Shown piece by piece: positions 61,967-64,000 of a stretch of DNA of 64,000 nt. Source of the DNA: Candidatus Hydrogenedentota bacterium (GTDB lineage Bacteria; Hydrogenedentota; Hydrogenedentia; Hydrogenedentales; SLHB01). The notes below the pieces were generated by a model. The model had not been told where the DNA came from. It made no database searches and saw only the letters and a list, made by a program, of their open reading frames with translations. Within the stretch, counting starts at the first letter, position 1. Each line of letters starts with the position of its first letter. Both the position numbers and the translations under genes were made by a program. The stretch lies in contig BTVY01000012.1 of assembly GCA_045863335.1 (NCBI GenBank), forward strand, positions 73,008-137,007, written 5' to 3'.

Positions 61967-62890
61967 GTGCAATCCGACGCTACAATCAATACCCGCGAAC
62001 CTGCGCGTGTCGTTGCGATCGTCCTCAATCGAAACCGGAGCGATCTGCTTGCGGCATGTCTGCAAAAGCTGCGGTGCCAGACCATCCCGTTGTCAGCCGT
62101 AATCCTCGTGGATGACGCCTCAACGGACGATTCCGTCGAGGGTGCCCGAAGCTTCTGGCCAGGCATTCATGTAGTCGCGCTTGAGGAGCCGTCCGGTGTC
62201 ATTGCGGCGCGCAACGCGGGGCTCGAGTTTGCCCAGTCCGAGTTGAATTTCGACTATGTGTGCTATCTCGACAACGATGCGTTCCTGGAACCGTCCGCAC
62301 TGGAAGAGATGGTTGCGGCCGCGCGCGCGGATGCGGAAGTCGGAATGGTGACGCCCAAGGCATACCAGTCCATCCACGAGCGCCGGCTGGCGTGTGCCGG
62401 CGGGATGACGGCGAACTTTGGCATGGGATTGTTCCGGGATACCGGATCCGGGGAGTTGGATCGCGGTCAGTTCGACGAACCGCGGGACGTGGTTGCCTGC
62501 CCCGGATTCACGTTCCTCGTGCGTAAGGAGGTCGTGCTACGTGTGGGACCTTTCGACAACGGTCTGCGCCATTACGGTTGGGAGGATGTAGACTACTCGC
62601 TGCGTGTGCGAAAGGCGGGTTTTCGGTTGCGCTATGCGCCGCAGGCCGTGGTCGAGCACAAGGGCGGTCACGCCGGTCGTGGCATCGTCGCGGCCTACGA
62701 ACGCGCGAAGCTCCGGAATCTGTTTGTCCTCATGCACCGGCATGCAAGCGCATTCCAATGGTTGTGTTTTCTAGGCGTACTTCCGCTTCGTTGTGCCTAT
62801 GTTGCCGCTCGACTTGCCGGGCATGCCATGGCGCGCCGGCTGGTCATGCCGCAACGGCGACGGAGCGGCGTGCGAGCCGACTCAATGTGA
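61967..62890 (+). CDS. glycosyltransferase family 2
   Basis: VDDASTDDS, ARNAG, YLDND and WEDVDYSLR motifs. Start uncertain. Confidence 0.9.
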   Translation: MQSDATINTREPARVVAIVLNRNRSDLLAACLQKLRCQTIPLSAVILVDDASTDDSVEGARSFWPGIHVVALEEPSGVIAARNAGLEFAQSELNFDYVCYLDNDAFLEPSALEEMVAAARADAEVGMVTPKAYQSIHERRLACAGGMTANFGMGLFRDTGSGELDRGQFDEPRDVVACPGFTFLVRKEVVLRVGPFDNGLRHYGWEDVDYSLRVRKAGFRLRYAPQAVVEHKGGHAGRGIVAAYERAKLRNLFVLMHRHASAFQWLCFLGVLPLRCAYVAARLAGHAMARRLVMPQRRRSGVRADSM

Positions 62891-62901
62891 AGGAGGATTC
62901 A

Positions 62902-64000
62902 ATGCCGACCAACGAAGAACAGGGCCGTGGCCGCGTCGTCATGATCGGCGTGGATACGGCGCGTCCGGATCAGATCGATCGGTTTTGCAGCGATGGCACC
63001 ATGCCCGCACTCCAGCAATTGCGGCAACGGGGCGCCTGGGGTCCGCTCGAATCGGTGTCGAACTACTCCAGCGGCGCCATCTGGCCCTCGTTGGTAACGG
63101 GCCATCTGCCGCACCGTCATGGTCAGTATTTCACCCACATGCAACTCAAGAACGGCACCTATCACATCGTCAAGCGGTACGCGGACGACTTGAAAGGATC
63201 GCCATTCTGGGATGCCGCCACGGCACAAGGCCGCCGCGTCGCCATTGTTGATGTCCCCCAAACCCGGCCCGCGGAGAACTTCCATGGCGTCCACGTCACC
63301 GGATGGGGCGGCGAGTTCCCAGGCTGGCCGCCGGACAGTTGGCCGAAGGATTTGATGGCCGAACTTTACGGGACGATTGGCAAGCATCCCATCGTGCATG
63401 GCGATCCGCGCATCTTCATCAAACCCACGACGCGCGAACAGTACCGCGCGGTGACCACGGCGTTGCTCGACGGTATGGAGAGAAAGCGGCAACTGCTGAA
63501 TTACCTGATGGAGAAAGAGCCATGGGACCTGTTTCTCACGGTCTTGCCGGAAACCCATTGGGCCATGCACGTGCTCTGTCACCTCCTGGAACCGGACCAT
63601 CCCGATCACCAGTCCGAGTTTGACGACGAGTTCGGTGACTTCTTCGCGCGCCTTTTCGCGAAACAGGACGAGGTTATCGCGGACCTCGTCGAACGCGCGC
63701 CCGACGCCAACTTTATTGTGTTCTCAGGTTCCGGCATGCGGCCGAATTACACCGGAAGCCACTTATTACCGCAGGTCGTTGCAAAGTTGGGGCTCGGACC
63801 GAACGGTGCGACGGCGTCGAGATCCGCTGACCGCGCTCCCAATTCGAAAGGCTGGGCCTACTACCGCATCCGGAAACTCCAGGACACCTTTGGGATGCCG
63901 CTCATCAACACGGTGAAGCACTGGGTCCCCGAACGCACCTGGGACGGGTGCAGTTCTGTGAGTACCGCTTCATGCGGCGTTTTCCAATTGCTTGATATGT
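62902..64000 (+). CDS. alkaline phosphatase superfamily / nucleotide pyrophosphatase-phosphodiesterase (partial; probably interrupted near 63946)
   Basis: Not in the supplied ORF track because it is open to the window end. AGGAGG RBS; MPTNEEQGRGRVVMIGVDTA...MPALQQL...WPSLVTG...HG...FW...DVP motifs. Confidence 0.82.
   Translation, partial: MPTNEEQGRGRVVMIGVDTARPDQIDRFCSDGTMPALQQLRQRGAWGPLESVSNYSSGAIWPSLVTGHLPHRHGQYFTHMQLKNGTYHIVKRYADDLKGSPFWDAATAQGRRVAIVDVPQTRPAENFHGVHVTGWGGEFPGWPPDSWPKDLMAELYGTIGKHPIVHGDPRIFIKPTTREQYRAVTTALLDGMERKRQLLNYLMEKEPWDLFLTVLPETHWAMHVLCHLLEPDHPDHQSEFDDEFGDFFARLFAKQDEVIADLVERAPDANFIVFSGSGMRPNYTGSHLLPQVVAKLGLGPNGATASRSADRAPNSKGWAYYRIRKLQDTFGMPLINTVKHWVPERTWDGCSSVSTASCGVFQLLDM

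Noticed and set aside
62793-63916. Track ORFs 62793-63251, 62899-63609, 63303-63623 and 63620-63916
   Set aside because: Off-frame or antisense to the real gene starting at 62902, which the track missed because it has no stop in the window.
1-64000. CRISPR array, rRNA, intact transposase or integrase
   Set aside because: No regularly spaced 25-45 bp direct repeats with unique spacers, no rRNA signatures, and no DDE, tyrosine- or serine-recombinase motifs in any ORF.

Overview
A GC-rich bacterial chromosomal window with about 55 CDS and 2 tRNAs (Met-CAT, Val-CAC). I found no rRNA, CRISPR array, intact transposase or integrase. The gene mix (DUF1553/DUF1549 cytochrome c plus DUF1501, a DUF1559 prepilin, Tat-exported Gfo/Idh/MocA enzymes, DUF1573, carboxypeptidase-regulatory-like repeats) suggests a PVC-like or Candidatus Hydrogenedentes-like organism; this is an inference. 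Housekeeping and metabolic content: Kef-type antiporter, solA-like oxidase, PhyH dioxygenase, cyoE-SCO-DUF420, htpG, tilS-hpt, a DtxR/MntR-feoA-feoA-feoB operon, a pseudopilin/PilC cluster, a hybrid sensor kinase and many secreted proteins of unknown function. Main finding: a 5.84-kb integrase-free cassette (7552-13395) is bracketed by two copies of the last 31 codons of htpG. One copy is the live 3' end (13396-13488). The other is an orphan at 7459-7551 with 25/27 aa identity but only 65/81 nt identity, 14 of 16 changes synonymous. The cassette has its own TTGACA-N17-TACAAT promoter and encodes a LolA-like protein, a secreted 12-Cys protein, a DUF1573 protein and a 987-aa repeat protein. Also present: several REP/REPIN-like palindrome families, 9-bp-period repeats, a probable IS end at the right edge of the window, and an S1/P1-like pseudo-nuclease. 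All product calls come from motif recognition, not database searches.
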